Shown here piece after piece: positions 34,236 to 46,760 of a stretch of DNA of 49,100 bases (positions are counted from its first letter, which is position 1; every line of letters begins with the position of its first letter). The notes beneath the pieces are model-generated. The model worked only from the letters and a program-made list of their open reading frames with translations, did not search any database and was not told the origin of the DNA. The stretch comes from Octopus bimaculoides (taxonomy: Eukaryota): NCBI RefSeq assembly GCF_001194135.2, contig NC_068991.1:35515431-35564530 (forward strand), read 5' to 3'. A program made the position numbers and the translations under genes.

Positions 34236-36245
34236 TTAAAAAAGCTTCCTGCGAGAGAAAACAACTGCTGGTTGTTTGAGTATGCCCTCTCTTCCAAAGT
34301 GAATGAGCTCAAATTTTTCTTTGTTCAATTGCATATTGTTTTTTTGTGCCCACTGGGTTACTGCGCATAGGTCCGATTGAAGCATTGTTCGATCATATGC
34401 TCCCTTAATGACTTTCTGGAGCTTAGAATCATCTGAAAATATTTTTATGGTGCTATGTTCAATTAAATCTGCAATGTCATTGATATAGAGAATAAAAAGA
34501 AGTGGACCCAGCACAGTACCCTGCGGGACTCCGCTGATGACTTTTGCTGGTCTTGAATGGATGCCATCAACCACAACATGCTGGGTCCTGTTTGTTAGGA
34601 AATACATAATCCATTGAAGTAGCTTTCCACCGACTCCTGCGTTGGATAGTTTCTTTAACAGTATATTGTGACCGACTCTATCAAAGACCTTGCTGAAATC
34701 AAGGTATATGATATCCGCGTTGGAGCCCTCACTTAGTGCATTCAAGGTGTCATCAAAATGGTGGAGGAGCTGTGTTAGACAGTCCCTCCCACCACGAAAG
34801 CCATGCTAGTTGCAATTTAGGAGATGATTTTGTTCTAGGAAGGCTGTTATTCTAGGTGAGTGAGATTGGACGGTAGTTTACAGGGAGCGATTTAACCCCC
34901 TTTTTAAAGATAGGAACGACTGACTGGGAGAGAAGGTTTTGAGGGATAAAACCAGCATCCAGTGATTTCCTCCAGAGATTTGCAAGAGGAGGTGCAAGTT
35001 GCTGTCTGCATTCCTTCAGCGCTCTAGCAGGGAACCTGTCCGGACCCACTGCTAAATCAGGTTTGATTTCTTTTATTGCTGCTAGGATATCAGTGGCGTC
35101 GAAGGTTATGTCGGAAAGGACATGTTGATGATTCACAGAACCAAAGCTGCTTGAGTCAAGTGAATCAGGATCACTGAAGACAAAGCAGTATTGACTTTGC
35201 AGGATCTCAGTCATATCTTTGGCATCACTGTGTTTGTTGTGGTATTGGAGGAAGCAAGGGTGAAGGACCAGTCCACTTGCGATAAGTCTTGAATGATCGC
35301 ACTCCAGTTTGACTTGTGTAAATTCATGCTATCAAATGTGTGCACTGGAGTTAGTGATTTATGCCAAATTTTTGGATGTTGAAGATTGAGGTTACAAAGT
35401 ACTATGTCATGATCGGAGAAGAGGGTTCTTTCCACTGTGATGTTATGAATAGTGTTAGCATGGTTGCTTAGCACTAGGTCTGAGACACTTTGGCTATTTC
35501 TGGTTGGTTCATGGACGAGTTGTGACAGCAAAAAATTATCCATAAATTTAAAAAGTAACTCCACTGCTGCTTTGTCTGAGCTTGAGGTGAAGGTTCCTGG
35601 TCTAACAATATTAGTGGACCAGTCTACAGAGGATAGGTTGAAGTCACCCATCATCAGAATATTTCCTGGGTTACATTGCAGGAGGAAAGATTTGATCTTC
35701 TCGCNNNNNNNNNNNNNNNNNNNNNNNNNNNNNNNNNNNNNNNNNNNNNNNNNNNNNNNNNNNNNNNNNNNNNNNNNNNNNNNNNNNNNNNNNNNNNNNN
35801 NNNNNNNNNNNNNNNNNNNNNNNNNNNNNNNNNNNNNNNNNNNNNNNNNNNNNNNNNNNNNNNNNNNNNNNNNNNNNNNNNNNNNNNNNNNNNNNNNNNN
35901 NNNNNNNNNNNNNNNNNNNNNNNNNNNNNNNNNNNNNNNNNNNNNNNNNNNNNNNNNNNNNNNNNNNNNNNNNNNNNNNNNNNNNNNNNNNNNNNNCAAA
36001 AAATTATCCATAAATTTAAAAAGTAACTCCACTGCTGCTTTGTCTGAGCTTGAGGTGAAGGTTCCTGGTCTAACAATATTAGTGGACCAGTCTACAGAGG
36101 ATAGGTTGAAGTCACCCATCATCAGAATATTTCCTGGGTTACATTGCAGGAGGAAAGATTTGATCTTCTCGCGGCACTCTTGGAAATAGTTGAAGGGTGC
36201 TTGTGGGGTCTGTAGAGCCCAATTACAGACAGGTCTTTACCCTTG
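34236..36245 (-). mobile_element. CR1-group LINE ORF2 internal fragment (APE to RT), spans gap 35705-35996
   Basis: IGLYRPP, MMGDFNL, FSDHDIV (APE); VGPDRFPAR, VPIFKKG..NYRPISLT, YLDFSKVFDRVGH, SGVPQGTVLGPLLFILYINDI, FSDDSKL (RT). Confidence 0.92.
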
Positions 36246-36247
36246 CT

Positions 36248-36321
36248 GTGTCTGTCTGTCTATTGCCTGTCTGTCTGTTGCCTGTCTGTATGTTGCCTGT
36301 CTGTCTGTCTGTCTGTCGGTG

Positions 36322-36395
<74 letters not shown>
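36248..36395. repeat. (CTGT)n grading into (CTAT)n
   Basis: Read directly. Confidence 0.95.
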
Positions 36396-36879
36396 ATGTA
36401 CAAAATAGAAGTAAGATGGCGAAGAATGAATATAACAGAATTTGATTATTAGTCACAAATGTTTCTGTACCCCTCCGTCTCTAACACCGCTGTACCTAAT
36501 TGATTCCACATGAAAAGTTATGCAATATGTGTGGCTGATTATATCAGAGTAGCCCTTCATTATATTAACATCGCCGTGCGTATTTTCACTCAAGCGCGCT
36601 CCCCCCACACATAACAACAACAACAACAGCAACAACACCAACAGCAACATCAACAACAACACAAATAAAATCTAACGAAGTAAGCTTGGAAGTACACAGC
36701 TGCCAGTTTATGTCACACACATGAAATCCCTATCTCTTATGATCTTTATCCTTTCTTTGTCTACTTAGCTTTTCTTGGTAGAATTCTTTCATTTTGTTCA
36801 TGCCAAAAACTTTGCATCGCAAATTAGCAACATGCTCAGCTTATGTACGCAGATATTTGATAAATACATCGATAGGCTA

Positions 36880-36965
36880 ATAAGACATACATACATGCAT
36901 ACATACATAGATACATACACACATACATATATGCTCAATGCGCAAGCTGTTTGTACTGTATATTA

Positions 36966-37005
<40 letters not shown>

Positions 37006-37445
37006 ATCGATTGATATATGAATATATGCAGTGATATAATATATGCATATATACATACATACATGCATACATTCATTTATACAACTATCCATACATACAC
37101 ACGCGCGCACGCGCAAAAATATATGCATGCATTACTCAGATACATAAAAACAAACATATATGCACAATGCCTTCACATATACGCTTATATGCGTATATAT
37201 ATGTATATATATATATATATATATGCATGTATCTATCTAGCTATATATGTATATATCTGCATGGATATACATATATATATACATACACACATACACACAT
37301 GAGTGAACACACGCATCCATATGTATATAAGCATGTAGAAATTAAGTGAGGTCACACACCCATATATGTGTATACATGTACACACACACACACACACACA
37401 TACACACACACACATACACACACACACACTCACACACACACACAT
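36880..37445. repeat. Compound TACA/TA/CA low-complexity tract
   Basis: Read directly. Confidence 0.9.
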
Positions 37446-37579
37446 GCAGTAGATATGTCAATAAACAACAACTGGAACTGGACTGATGTAGTTATGAGTA
37501 AATGGAAGGATATACAAGAATATTGAAAAGAACGGAAATAAAAAGGAATAAGACATGAGAAAATGAAGATTAAATAGAA

Positions 37580-37591
37580 GCAAAAGAAGAG

Positions 37592-37635
<44 letters not shown>

Positions 37636-38100
37636 AGAAGAAGAAGAAGAAGTAGACAATGACGATGATGATGATGATGGAGGTGGTGGTTGTAATGATA
37701 GTGGTGATAATGATGATGATGATGAAGCAGAATAAGAAAAAGAGGAGGGAGAACATGAAGTAAAAGAAGCATAAGATGATGATGATGATAATGATGATGA
37801 TGATGATTATACCGATGAAAAAAAAAGAAGTAGAAGTGGGGCTAGAAAAGATAAGAAGAAGAATATGAAGCACAAGGAGAAAAAGAAAGAGAGAAGTAGT
37901 AGGAGGAAAAAATGATAAAGAATGTGAAGAATAAGGAGGAGAAGAAGAGAAAAATATAAAGAAGTAAAAGAAGAAAAGCAGAAAAAGAAAACGAGATGGG
38001 AGAAAAAAAAAGACGACGCGAAAGAAGATGAAGAAGAAAAAAAATAAGAAGAGAAGAAGAATTGTTATAATAAGAAAACAATGAAGGATGAGAATAAAAA
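37580..38100. repeat. Purine-rich GAC/GAA/GAT trinucleotide low-complexity tract
   Basis: Read directly. Confidence 0.9.
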
Positions 38101-38489
38101 GTACGTTCGAAGGTGACAATGTTCAGATTTATATTATGGAAGACTGTAGAGGAGGGCGGCAACATTGAGCGCTTGTTACTTCTGTCGTCAAATAGAAACA
38201 GAATATTTTCCTTTATCAGTGAATAATAATACGAAAGCAGATATTGTCAATCAGGAATTACATTGCTGGCATACACATGCATTCATGCATACATGAGTAT
38301 ATATATCCACACATTGATACGCATATATATTTATACAATTGCATATACACATATATCTAAATAGATATACTGAAAGGCCCGCATACACATACAATCATAC
38401 ATATAAAGGTAAATACTTTGTGTGTTTCTGTGAAAACTTACAAATGCATACAAAAGCACACAAGTACCTCTCTCACATTCCCTTTCCAT

Positions 38490-38498
38490 CTATCCATG

Positions 38499-38547
<49 letters not shown>

Positions 38548-38990
38548 GTATGTATGTATATATATGCATATACACACATACATACATATTTACATACACA
38601 CACATATACATATGTATAAGTATACACACACATGTGTATATATATGTGTATAGGTGTATATATGCACATGCATATTATATATACATGCATACACAGAAAC
38701 ACACGCACACGCATACACGTATATTTATTCATAGATTGTTATATATTCATTCAAAAAAACCTCTTCAATATAATCACACCAATTACAGATAAAGTAGCGA
38801 ATACCATGACGGAATCTGGCTCGCATTCATACACAGTGACTTCTAGACTTATATAGCTTACATGCCAACATGTCTGTATACATACATACATACATACATA
38901 CATACACACATACATACGTACATACAAACATACATACATACACACATGCATGCATACATACATATACACACGCAAATACATACACATAGA
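38490..38990. repeat. Compound TATC/TA/CATA microsatellites
   Basis: Read directly. Confidence 0.85.
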
Positions 38991-39652
38991 TAAAAGACGC
39001 GCGGAGTTAATAAACTAGCGGGGCAGTCATTGCAAAGCTACTGTTGCAAAATAGGCATCGCTGCGGAAATGTTAAAACAAACCACTAGAATAGACGAATG
39101 GCACTGATAGTACTATCGCCTATCTTTAGAGATTATTCATATATAACTGCTGCCTCATTTCTCTAGCTTCTACTTATTTCTCAGCTTACCGTTAATCAAC
39201 GTTACTCATCTGTATCATCATCCCATTGCTGCCGCCGTTGCTGCTGTCATCACCATAATCATTTTCGTCATTAGCAGTTCTAATCTCGTCCGGGGTCAAC
39301 CTTGCCTTCCAATTTCTCCCCTTCTTCACTTCATAGCGCTCTGATCTATTTGGTCTGTTGGGATCATGAGGCGGTCTGAATTACAGGAAATCGAGAGAAT
39401 AATTATATACTGAATTTCTTTGTTCTACATATCTCTTCTATATATTTGAATTTGTCAGTAATAGTTTAAATGGGGTAGAAATTTTGCTATAAACATTCTT
39501 CGAGTTGATGGTTGGGATTGAAAAAGCAAAGTATCATATCAAAATTGTATAGCATGAGCTGATAACTAAGTAGGTCGGCTGACAATCTCCCTACCCTTTA
39601 TTCTAGTCAAATATTGTTAGCTTTAACTATCATGTATATATCCCTTAAAATG

Positions 39653-39960
39653 AGGACGCATGGCCTAGTGGTTAGGGTGTTGCACTCACGATTGCGAGGT
39701 CGTTGTTACAGTTCTTAAACCGGGTGGTGCGTTGTGTTCTTGAGCAGAAACACTTCATCTCCCGTTGCTTTGCGATCACTTCGACACCTGACGCGTGGTA
39801 CACCGTGCACCTCTTCAGGCAATGTCAATTCGACGCAGGGAGTCGGGTAATGTACAGCACTTACATTTGATCACTATAAATAAATCAATCGTGCAGGTCG
39901 TTCGGCAAAATCTGAACGCTCATACGGCATTTTCGATGGGAGAGACCATCAAAACGTTCT
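39653..39960 (+). mobile_element. tRNA-derived SINE with conserved-domain-like core
   Basis: Perfect A-box TGGCCTAGTGG (39661-39671) and tRNA-like head. GTTGTGTTCTTGAGCAGAAACACTT resembles the GTGTCCTTG.GCAAGACACTT core of metazoan SINE superfamilies. Ends in (CA)n. Confidence 0.7.
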
Positions 39961-39982
39961 CTATTCTAAGCAGTATGGTATA

Positions 39983-40040
<58 letters not shown>

Positions 40041-40256
40041 NNNNNNNNNNNNNNNNNNNNNNNNNNNNNNNNNNNNNNNNNNNNNNNNNNNNNNNNNNNN
40101 NNNNNNNNNNNNNNNNNNNNNNNNNNNNNNNNNNNNNNNNNNNNNNNNNNNNNNNNNNNNNNNNNNNNNNNNNNNNNNNNNNNNNNNNNNNNNNNNNNNN
40201 NNNNNNNNNNNNNNNNNNNNNNNNNNNNNNNNNNNNNNNNNNNNNNNNNNNNNNNN

Positions 40257-40362
<106 letters not shown>

Positions 40363-40419
40363 CACGTGTGTGTGTATGTATGTATGCATATTATATATGT
40401 GTGAGTCTTTGTGTTTGTA

Positions 40420-41700
40420 TTTGCACTGGACCAATCTCTGCAAGGCCATCCATGCAGTTCCAGATCTTTGCAACTCTAAAACAGTGCACTTATCTCACTT
40501 GGACCAATGTCACAAAGATAGCCAAACTGAAGACTGAAAATGGTAAGTGAATAAAGGTCAAAAAAGAACATCTATAACACTATACGCTGATGATATTCCA
40601 GCAAAATCCGATTTGGAACAAGCTTTACTTTCATTTGTTATGCTTACCGAATTAGAGGAAAAATCTTTAGAGGAAGACTCTTCAGAAGAAGATCTCGTGG
40701 AAGCAACCAACGTCCTGCCAAACGGTGAAACACATACAGAGAACAACATAACTGCGTAAATCTTGAACAACATAACTGCGTAAAGAAGTTCTGTCACACC
40801 TGCACAGTTTACTACTTAATTGCTGGCAGCATGAAGAAAGCATGGAACCAATCAATGATGCATTCTTTCTCCTACCCTTTTCGGAATATATTTTACTACT
40901 TCATCATGCATTCAGAAGAAGTGAACACACTTTCAGAGGACGTGAAGATGGAATTTACGTTAAGACTAGTCCCACAGCGAAGTAGCATTCCAGAGATTGA
41001 TGGATAGTCTCATCAGAACTTGATATCTTTTCACGTTAGCCATTAGCGTCAAAAAAGACAGTGGTAATAGGCCGAGGAACAGACTCATCTCCAGTTATCA
41101 AACTGAATGGAAATACTCTGAATATTGTTGGGAAGCTTGTTTACTTGGGATCCACAATATGCAGTAGGCTAACTCTTGGCAAAGCTGCATGAGTACTCGC
41201 GTGGGAAAATGACACGCCTAAAACAAAGACTAAGATTTTGATCTACAAGACATGTGTCGTCTTAACTCTTCTTAATGGATGTGAGACATTGATGATATAT
41301 TTAAGTCAAGAAAGAAATCTGAACAGCTTCCATTAGCGCTGTTTGAGGAAAATTCTTAGCATGAGAAAGCAAGACAAAATTTCCGCCACACATGTACTCT
41401 GGAGAGCAGAGGTTCTATCACTCCATCTCATGCTTAGATCCAGACGACTTAGATGGCTAGGGAATGTTACACGAATCTGCAAGCAAGTGTTGTATGGAGA
41501 ACTTGCAAATGGAAAGAAGCTTAGGACACTCAGAAATGCGCTTTAAGGACTAATCTGAAACAACACTCAGAGAGTCCTCAATCAATAAAGTAAAATGAGA
41601 AGAATCAGCAAAGGACCACAAGTAGTGAAACGCTGTGCACAGATGTGCCAAAGCTAATGAAGATATCTGCATTCAACATGCTGAGGAGACAAGACAAAGA
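40420..41700 (+). mobile_element. RTE-BovB-like LINE fragments (linker and post-RT region)
   Basis: ISVKKTVVIG, LVYLGSTI, TKTKILIYKTCVVLTLLNGCET, LNSFH.RCLRKILS..QDKISATHVL.RA, RRLRWLG.V, KQVLYGELANGK. Confidence 0.8.
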
Positions 41701-41821
41701 CGTTAAGTGCATAATAGTGGTGGACACTTCAGCCTCAACATTGCTCTACTACAGCTACTGTCACAAATCATGTAGAATTTATGAGCCACGAAAGGCGCTG
41801 TTGAGAAAGAAGTTACGCGAA

Positions 41822-41973
41822 GAACATTATTTACGTTATTTACATTTGACGGATATTTGTCTTCATCTTGTTTGTTGTTAACACAACGTTTCGGCTGATA
41901 TACCCCCCAAGTCTTCATCAGGTGTCTTGAGGAAATTTCGAACCTGGGTTCTCATTCCTAAGGTATTTTTCGA

Positions 41974-41975
<2 letters not shown>
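41822..41975 (-). mobile_element. PLE-terminal-like repeat tail carrying a hammerhead motif
   Basis: Contains CTGATGAAG..CCGAAACGTT, the typical Penelope-terminal hammerhead signature, and directly adjoins (TTA)n. Confidence 0.65.
41880..41926 (-). ncRNA. Minimal type I hammerhead ribozyme (stem II mutated)
   Basis: GACAC-CUGAUGA-A-GACUUG..CAGCC-GAA-ACGU-U-GUGUU. Canonical core, stem I 5 bp, palindromic ACGU stem III, GUU triplet. Confidence 0.65.

Positions 41976-42030
<55 letters not shown>
41976..42030. repeat. (TTA)n microsatellite
   Basis: Read directly. Confidence 0.97.
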
Positions 42031-42031
<1 letters not shown>

Positions 42032-42124
42032 GTTATTTTATGTTTGACTTTTGCTTTGCATTTGTACAAGCTGGATCCAAGTCTCACCCAGAGACCTCAA
42101 GAGACAACAAGTTAGAAGTTCATG
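42031..42124 (-). mobile_element. Probable 3' end of a second R4/Dong-clade element (rest in gap 42125-42788)
   Basis: Abuts (TAA)n like the neighbouring element. GGTCTCTGGGTGAGACTTGG resembles R4/Rex6-type 3' ends from memory. Confidence 0.45.
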
Positions 42125-42788
42125 NNNNNNNNNNNNNNNNNNNNNNNNNNNNNNNNNNNNNNNNNNNNNNNNNNNNNNNNNNNNNNNNNNNNNNNNNNNN
42201 NNNNNNNNNNNNNNNNNNNNNNNNNNNNNNNNNNNNNNNNNNNNNNNNNNNNNNNNNNNNNNNNNNNNNNNNNNNNNNNNNNNNNNNNNNNNNNNNNNNN
42301 NNNNNNNNNNNNNNNNNNNNNNNNNNNNNNNNNNNNNNNNNNNNNNNNNNNNNNNNNNNNNNNNNNNNNNNNNNNNNNNNNNNNNNNNNNNNNNNNNNNN
42401 NNNNNNNNNNNNNNNNNNNNNNNNNNNNNNNNNNNNNNNNNNNNNNNNNNNNNNNNNNNNNNNNNNNNNNNNNNNNNNNNNNNNNNNNNNNNNNNNNNNN
42501 NNNNNNNNNNNNNNNNNNNNNNNNNNNNNNNNNNNNNNNNNNNNNNNNNNNNNNNNNNNNNNNNNNNNNNNNNNNNNNNNNNNNNNNNNNNNNNNNNNNN
42601 NNNNNNNNNNNNNNNNNNNNNNNNNNNNNNNNNNNNNNNNNNNNNNNNNNNNNNNNNNNNNNNNNNNNNNNNNNNNNNNNNNNNNNNNNNNNNNNNNNNN
42701 NNNNNNNNNNNNNNNNNNNNNNNNNNNNNNNNNNNNNNNNNNNNNNNNNNNNNNNNNNNNNNNNNNNNNNNNNNNNNNNNNNNNNNNN

Positions 42789-42840
<52 letters not shown>

Positions 42841-45800
42841 GTTCAGTAGTTTTATTTTTATAACGTGCTTTCACTTCATTACCGAGCGCAGCTCTGTGCG
42901 CCTTGGGTATGTGCTGTGGTTTGCTGTGATGCTCTTATGGTTACTGTATTGAAAGTGTTTTGCGTAGGATGTGTGCAGTGCCTAGTAGTGCAATTTTTTG
43001 TATGTTATATATATTTGTAAGTCCTGGTGTTTTTGTTATGTATTTGTCTGAATATTTCTTTTATTATACCTAAGGCATTCGAGTTACCAGTGAACATATT
43101 GTGCAGCTCTATCATGCATGTTGAGATACTCTGTAGGTGCAAGAAGACTGCACATGGAGACAACATGATCAATGGTCTAATTTTGTTGTTGACATACACG
43201 ACATATTGGGGAGCTGCCGTTCTTTAATATGTTGGTCTGGTAGTTTCTTGTAGGTAGGCATTTATCTTGGGCTGCTATGATACCCCCCCCCCCCTGTTTC
43301 TGATTTTAAGCCAGAAGGGGCTTTGTCAACATCGACATTATTCGCTCACTTTGGGTATCTGCCATTGAGAGGATTTTGTTGCCATTTATCAGTCAGAATA
43401 TCTAAGGCAGCAGTTTTAGCACGGATTTCCATACGCTTAGCTTTTTCTGCGCTTGTTTCTAGTAGTCTAATTCTGGAATTTGTTGTATTTGGAATTCACT
43501 TAGATATTCCTTTGCCTGTTTTGTTACTGAGTATGATGCTTTCTTTGTTTTCATGTTTTGAGACAAGTTTTCACATCCAGTCCTCAGAGTTTTTCAGGTA
43601 GGTGTCTAGGCCAATTGTGGCAATCTTCATTGTTAATGCCAGTTGTAAAAGTCCACGGCCTCCCACTTTTCTTGGCAGATAAAGTCGTTCTATATCTGCC
43701 TTAGGGTGGTGCATTCTATTCATTGTCAACAGTTTTCGTATTTTTCTGTCAAGATTACATATTTCAGTAATTGACCAATCAATGATATTGAAACTGTAAG
43801 TCACGAGTGGTATGGCTAAAGCACTGATTGCTTCGATCCTGTTTTTGCATTCAGCTCTATCTTCAGTATTGCTCTCATCCTGCGATAACATTCTCTTCTG
43901 ATCTTTTCCCTCATCACTGCAAGTTTGATTCCGTCCCCTTCAATTACCCCTAGGTATTTGTAGCTCTCCGCTGGTTCTAACTCCTTTATGACATTCTGCT
44001 GGTCAAGGTTAACGTTAAATATTTCTGTCAATTTTCTTTTGATAAAGGTAGTTTTTGCACATTTATCGAGGTCAAATTGCATCCCGATGTCATCACTGAA
44101 TTATTTAACAATCGCTAGTAAGCCCTTGAGTTGTTGGTCATATTTTTGCAAATAGCTTTAAATCATCCATGTAAATGAGATGATTTATATTTTTATCAAA
44201 CATTTTATAACCGTACTGTGCATCATTGAGCAATTTTGAGAGAGGTATAAAGGCTACACAAAAGAGGAGTGGTGATAGAGAGTCACCCTGGAAAATTCCA
44301 CATGAAATTCTTACATCTCCAGCATTTAGAGATTCATTGTCACTGTTCAAAGTCAGTGTGCTTCTCCATGATCTCATACTTACAGACAAAAAATTTCGCA
44401 GTGTAGGAGCTATTTCATACATTTCCAGACATTTCTTAATCCAGCTATGTGATAGGCTATCAAAAACTTTTTTATAGTCTATCCAGGCTATTGACAAGTA
44501 TTTGTGTCGTTTGTGACTATCTTCTAAGATCATGTTATTGATGAGTAACTGATCTTTACAACCATAAGATCCACGTTTACATCCTTTTTGCTCATTAGGG
44601 AATATGCTACTTTCTATTAAAAAATATAGGTATATTCAGTCAGGATAGATGTTAGCGTTTTATACATTGTTGTTAAGCAGGTTATGGGTCGATAATCTTT
44701 TGGTTCATTTGTTTTTCATTTTTTGGAAGTAGGAATGTTAAACCATTAACTAGCCAAGAGGGGATCATACTAGAATGCTGCAAAACATGGTTGTAAAGTT
44801 TTGTTAGTAGTTCATGACTCTCTGGGAAGGCATTCAACCAAAAGTTCTGTTGGGTCAATTTCTGTGTGACTTTCTTCATCTATTTGATTTTCATCTGCCT
44901 TAGTGTTTATGGTTGGTTCAGAGAGTATTTCACTTTGCTTATCAGTTATATTAACTCTTTCAATCATTACTGCATTTTCATCAGCCCTGGGCTGGTCTAT
45001 AATTATTTCCTCTGTAGTATCTTCCTTAGCTGCAGCTTCATTCTTTTTATCTCTTACTGCTTGTTTAATTTGATCAATCTCTACTTCAGTTAGTAATTTT
45101 TTTTCATAATGTTTCTTCTGACGTTGGCAAGTTTGTTACTGTCTATGTAGTGTCTTACTTCAAGGTGTTTCTGTCTCCAGTTTAAGTAAGTTTGTACAGT
45201 ATTAGATTTATTTGTGAGGAAATATATGGCATGGTAGAAGGCCGTAAGAACTTCTTAATTATCTTCTCTAGACCATTTTCATTCTTTTTCTTTTGGTTGT
45301 TTCATGACGAGCATGGATAGCCATCTGTTGGAATATTCCGGTTGTGGGGTACTTCCAGCTCCTGTGTTTCGGGAAGATTTGAACCAATAGCTGATTTTTT
45401 GTCTCGAATCTGGCTTCTCATTCGAGTACGTGGCCTTTTGTTATCCGGTCGATGATAATTCCGGTTTGTATTTTGCTTTGTTAACAGTGGGGCATGACGA
45501 GCTTCGACGTTGGCATTAGGGGACGGATCTGTCTGTTTAGGGTTAATTTTTTGAGACAACAATATCTCCGAGTTCTCTGCATGTAAACATTGCTCGTAAT
45601 GTAGCTTCTTAAGACTAACAGATCTATATCGAGTACGTGGCCCTTTGTGATCCGGTCGACGACCAATCTGGTTTGTAATTTGCTTTGTTATCATTGAGGC
45701 ATGACGAGCTTCGACGTTGACGTTAGGGGACGGATTTGTGTGTTTAGGGTAAATTTTCTTGAGACAACACCGTCACCGAGTTCTCTGCATGTAAACATTG

Positions 45801-46390
45801 CTCGTACCGTAGCTTCTTAAGACTAACGGATTTGCATTCATCTGTATTTTTTTTTGTTGATAGGTTTATCTCCGAGCATAGTTTTTTGTGGTGTTTTAAA
45901 ACTTATGAATAGTTCACTCTGTGTTAGTTCGAAAAATAAAAAAAAATGAAAAAGAAAAAGTTTTGTTTTTGGTTTTTGCTTCGTCTGTGACAAGTGTTTT
46001 CATATACGTTAATGTGTGTTCTGTAAATTTCACGTAGTTGTGTAAACATTGAGATGTATGTGTAGTCCTATGGGAATCAAAATGTATTTATGATTGTGTA
46101 GACATTCGAGTGCATGCGTAATTACTCAGTTTATGTACTTACTGTTTTGTTCCATTTACATTTTATAATTTGTAAACTTTCCGGTGTTGACTTCATGTGT
46201 GTGTTTCACACATGTCTCACTGAGACATCGTGTAGCGGAGAAACTGTGCTTTGTATGGCAGTAAAATTTCGTGTTTTTAAAAAATTATTTTCGTTAAAAG
46301 ACCGCTTCCTTCATGTCTTCCACAGGTTCCTTTATTTAATGCCATCGATGTTATTGGATTAGATTTGTTTCTGAATGTGTAGCGCGTCCA
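42841..46390 (-). mobile_element. R4/Dong-clade RLE non-LTR retrotransposon, decayed, flanked by TAA/CAA microsatellites
   Basis: AWIDYKKVFDSLSHSWI, GIFQGDSLSPLLFC, INHLIYMDDLKL, QFDLDKCAK, YKYLG, HPKADIERLYLPRKVGGRGL, IAAQD, CRVC..TIDHVVSMC, IALLGTAHILRKTLSIQ* (stop at 42941-42943). (TTA)n at 42789-42840 and (GTT/TTA)n at 46391-46431. Confidence 0.88.
45422..45835 (-). repeat. 207-bp (69-codon) tandem duplication in the 5' part of the R4/Dong ORF
   Basis: Units start at 45422 and 45629 (TCGAGTACGTGGCC..), colinear and diverged. Confidence 0.9.
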
Positions 46391-46433
46391 TGTTGTTGTT
46401 GTTGTTGTTGTTGTTATTATTATTATCATTAGT

Positions 46434-46505
46434 GCATATGGCGTAGGTTATGAGCGCGGGCTACTAACCCCAAGATTCCGAGTTCGATTCCAGGCAGTGA
46501 CCAGA
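46434..46505 (+). mobile_element. tRNA-like SINE head followed by (GAT/AAT)n 46506-46575
   Basis: TGGCGTAG.. A-box-like sequence, GAGTTCGATTCC B-box at 46480-46491. Confidence 0.75.
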
Positions 46506-46514
46506 ATAATGATA

Positions 46515-46546
<32 letters not shown>

Positions 46547-46575
46547 CATAATAATAATAATAATAATAATAATAA

Positions 46576-46760
46576 ATGCCCGGATGTTGTACCAGGCAGT
46601 GGCTCTCATGGCTTCTTAATTGATTAGAAGTGTTATCATCTACATTGTTTTGTTTTGGTATAAAAGATGGGCTACAGCAAATTTTCTGCTTAATACCACA
46701 GATTTGCTTGTCAGTTGTTTGACCTTAACCAGTTGAGCATGTCCCTTGGTGGCTGGCGAT
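46576..46760 (-). mobile_element. Probable LINE 3' end terminating in the ATT/ATC tract
   Basis: Resembles a common octopus repeat from memory; no in-window paralogue. Confidence 0.4.

Noticed and set aside
37430-38165. Long hydrophobic minus-strand ORFs as membrane proteins
   Set aside because: They are the antisense reading of GAA/GAT/GAC trinucleotide tracts.
40547-40759. LYADD in ORF 40547-40759 as an RT catalytic motif
   Set aside because: The context (..ELEE..SEEDLVEA..LPNG) is the RTE linker upstream of the RT, so the match is coincidental.
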